The notes beneath the pieces are model-generated. The model saw only the letters and a list, made by a program, of their open reading frames with translations. It did no database searches and was not told the origin of the DNA. Position numbers and translations under genes: made by a program. Positions 62,536-64,000 of a stretch of 64,000 nucleotides of DNA are shown here, piece after piece (within the stretch, counting starts at the first letter, position 1; every line of letters begins with the position of its first letter). The DNA comes from Gammaproteobacteria bacterium (GTDB lineage Bacteria > Pseudomonadota > Gammaproteobacteria > Steroidobacterales > GCA-2729495): the NCBI GenBank assembly GCA_040080965.1, contig JBEBHH010000004.1, positions 42,170-106,169 of the forward strand, in the 5' to 3' direction.

Positions 62536-63257
62536 GTGACCGTGTTCCGGCAAATCGCGTCGTGGAAAGCATCGCCGTGATGTGCATGCTCCTGGGCGCG
62601 GGCTGCACCTCCGTGAAAATGGCGCCGCCACCGGTGGAGCCCGTTCCCACGACAGTGCCGGACGCGACAGTGCCGGACGCGACAGTCGAGCAACCGCTGC
62701 CCGCGCCCACTCGTGCAGAACCAGAGCCGGTGGCGACAGCACCGGTGGCGCCGGCAAGCACGCCACGCAACCCGGTCACCAGCCCAAAACCCGCCGTAGT
62801 CCCGAAGCCAGTTCCCGTTCCGACCCCGGCGAAGCCGCCCGCCGCTGTGGCGGCCGCGACCGCGCCGGCAGCGAAACCTCCAGTGGCTGCGCCCAGGCCA
62901 ACTGCGCCGAAACCAGCCGCTGCAAAGCCCGCCGCGCCGCCGCTGGACCTGGCTGCCCTCGAGCTCCGGCTCCGGGAGACCAAGGCGATCGGCGTGATGA
63001 CCAAGCTGTCCCTGAAGAACCAGGTCGACGATCTTCTGGACAAGTTCCGCGCCTACTACAAGCGCCAGGCGAAGACGACGCTCGCCGAGTTGCGCCGCCC
63101 CTACGACATGCTGCTGCTGAAGGTGCTGTCACTGCTCCAGGACAGCGACCCGCCCCTCGCCCGGGACATAGTCGCGTCGCGAGAGGCGATCTGGGGGATC
63201 CTGGCGGATCCCGAGAAATTCAACGAAGCCAAGCTGATGGCAGGAGAAGCGCCGTGA
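62532..63257 (+). CDS. Lipoprotein with Pro/Ala-rich linker and helical C-terminal domain (no family recognised)
   Basis: Only the last 241 aa of the 671-aa track ORF look real. ATGA overlap with the synthase stop. Lipobox MLLGAGC, about 110 aa of P/A/V/T-rich linker, then LDLAALELRLRETKAIGVMTKLSLKNQVDDLLDKFRAYY... Confidence 0.6.
   Translation: MSDRVPANRVVESIAVMCMLLGAGCTSVKMAPPPVEPVPTTVPDATVPDATVEQPLPAPTRAEPEPVATAPVAPASTPRNPVTSPKPAVVPKPVPVPTPAKPPAAVAAATAPAAKPPVAAPRPTAPKPAAAKPAAPPLDLAALELRLRETKAIGVMTKLSLKNQVDDLLDKFRAYYKRQAKTTLAELRRPYDMLLLKVLSLLQDSDPPLARDIVASREAIWGILADPEKFNEAKLMAGEAP
62651..62687 (+). repeat. Tandem 15-nt coding repeat GACAGTGCCGGACGC x2 plus a partial third copy
   Basis: 62651-62665 and 62666-62680 are identical, and 62681-62687 is partial. 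Encodes TVPDA-TVPDA-TV in the lipoprotein linker. Confidence 0.8.
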
Positions 63258-63517
63258 ACAGGTACACAGGGATCATTGGCCTCGTCGTGACGGCAGGAGG
63301 CCTCTTCGCCGGCCCGTTGCTGGCAGCCGATGAGGCGACGACGGTTTCCGACACGAAGGACCTGACGGCCGTCATTGCCCTGCAGGGCCTTCCCTGCGGG
63401 CAGGTGACCAGCGCGACGGAGCAGGGTGAGAACGACTTCCTCGCTGCCTGCCAGGACGGCAACCGCTACCGGGTGTCAGTGAATCCCGAGGGCCGCGTCG
63501 TCGTCGAGAAGCAGTAG
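63254..63517 (+). CDS. Small exported protein (no family recognised)
   Basis: In-frame GTG at 63254 (GTGA overlap with the lipoprotein stop). Signal-like VNRYTGIIGLVVTAGGLFAGPLLAA, and two Cys in the mature part (LPCGQ..LAACQDGNRYRVSVNPEGRVVV). Confidence 0.5.
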   Translation: MNRYTGIIGLVVTAGGLFAGPLLAADEATTVSDTKDLTAVIALQGLPCGQVTSATEQGENDFLAACQDGNRYRVSVNPEGRVVVEKQ

Positions 63518-63525
63518 GCGCGCGC

Positions 63526-63747
63526 CTAGCCCTTCCTGCCCGATACCAGCAGCAGCCCGCCCCCTGCGATGATCGCCGCGATTCCCGCCCACATGGGGAT
63601 GTTGACGGTTTCCCGGTCCTTCACCGACAGCTCGAGGGACCCGATCGTCGCTTCGTGGGTCTCCTTCGTGTAGGTGAAGTTGCCGTACACCAGGGCCAGT
63701 ACGCCGGCCACGAGCAGCCCAAGGGCCGCAATCCTCAGGTTATCCAC
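63526..63747 (-). CDS. Small two-TM membrane protein (no family recognised)
   Basis: 73 aa: hydrophobic helix, polar loop (TYTKETHEATIGSLELSVKDRETV), hydrophobic helix. The start abuts the stop of the upstream small gene. Confidence 0.5.
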   Translation of the reverse strand: MDNLRIAALGLLVAGVLALVYGNFTYTKETHEATIGSLELSVKDRETVNIPMWAGIAAIIAGGGLLLVSGRKG

Positions 63748-63897
63748 TTATAGGACCTTCCGGCCCTGGATCACGCGCAGCACGATGACCACGAGCGCGA
63801 TAGCCAGAAGTATGTGAATGAAGCCACCCATGGTGTATGAGCTCACGAGGCCCAGCAGCCAGAGGATGATCAGTATTACAGCGATGGTTTCGAGCAT
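63748..63897 (-). CDS. lmo0937-family small membrane protein
   Basis: Start moved to the ATG at 63897 (GGAGG SD upstream). MLETIAVILIILWLLGLVSSYTMGGFIHILLAIALVVIVLRVIQGRKVL matches the ..ILLVLWLLGF....GG.IHLLLVIA..V.....I.GR pattern recalled for this family. Confidence 0.6.
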   Translation of the reverse strand: MLETIAVILIILWLLGLVSSYTMGGFIHILLAIALVVIVLRVIQGRKVL

Positions 63898-64000
63898 GGG
63901 CTTGACCTCCAGGTCATTGGTAACAATCCGCCGGATCACCGTCCGGCGGCATCGAGCGGGCGCGCCAGTTGGTGTCGCCAAGGGCGGCGAGAAACGGGCT

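Overview
This is strongly GC-rich, very gene-dense bacterial chromosomal DNA (third codon positions are almost always G/C). It is most consistent with a proteobacterium: TonB-dependent receptor, OmpW/OmpA, lipobox lipoproteins, GreB, Fe-SOD, cyclic beta-1,2-glucan synthase. I call about 64 protein-coding genes (one is a decayed recombinase), one convincing intrinsic terminator, several weaker hairpins and a handful of promoter-region palindromes. I saw no rRNA, tRNA, CRISPR array, IS element or prophage. Many long ORFs in the supplied track are out-of-frame or antisense shadows of real genes (Arg/Ala/Gly/Pro-rich), and I discarded them. Several track ORFs needed their starts moved downstream. 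Layout: (1) 1-19.8 kb is an accessory oxidative region with three luciferase-like (LLM) oxidoreductases, two unusual flavin-reductase-like proteins, a TonB receptor, a MetA-type OM channel, an MFS transporter and a hydrolase. (2) 19.8-23.5 kb holds a periplasmic cytochrome module plus a two-component system. (3) 23.9-32.4 kb holds redox and second-messenger genes: DUF1838 + DedA::FAD-disulfide-reductase fusion, PilZ, and a Cys-type formate-dehydrogenase-like molybdoenzyme translationally coupled to a hydrolase-adenylate-cyclase. (4) 32.5-42 kb holds envelope genes: DUF2950/DUF3300 pair, OmpW::OmpA fusion, UbiA prenyltransferase, K+ channel, Rieske oxygenase, desaturase. (5) 42-52 kb is a stress island: CsbD, GreB, CIA30, BON, OmpA/DUF4398, DUF883, Fe-SOD, GGDEF, two paralogous Crp/Fnr regulators, and a hybrid kinase-REC/PAS-Crp operon. 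(6) 52.8-63.5 kb holds a decayed tyrosine recombinase next to a 2927-aa cyclic beta-1,2-glucan synthase with two coupled small exported proteins. The best candidates for something undescribed are the tightly coupled LLM/flavin-reductase-like operon at 13.4-19.8 kb, the cyclase-molybdoenzyme pair at 27.8-31.8 kb, the Tat-DUF1838 + DedA::disulfide-reductase pair, and the accessory genes coupled to the glucan synthase. All family names come from my own motif recognition, not from database searches.
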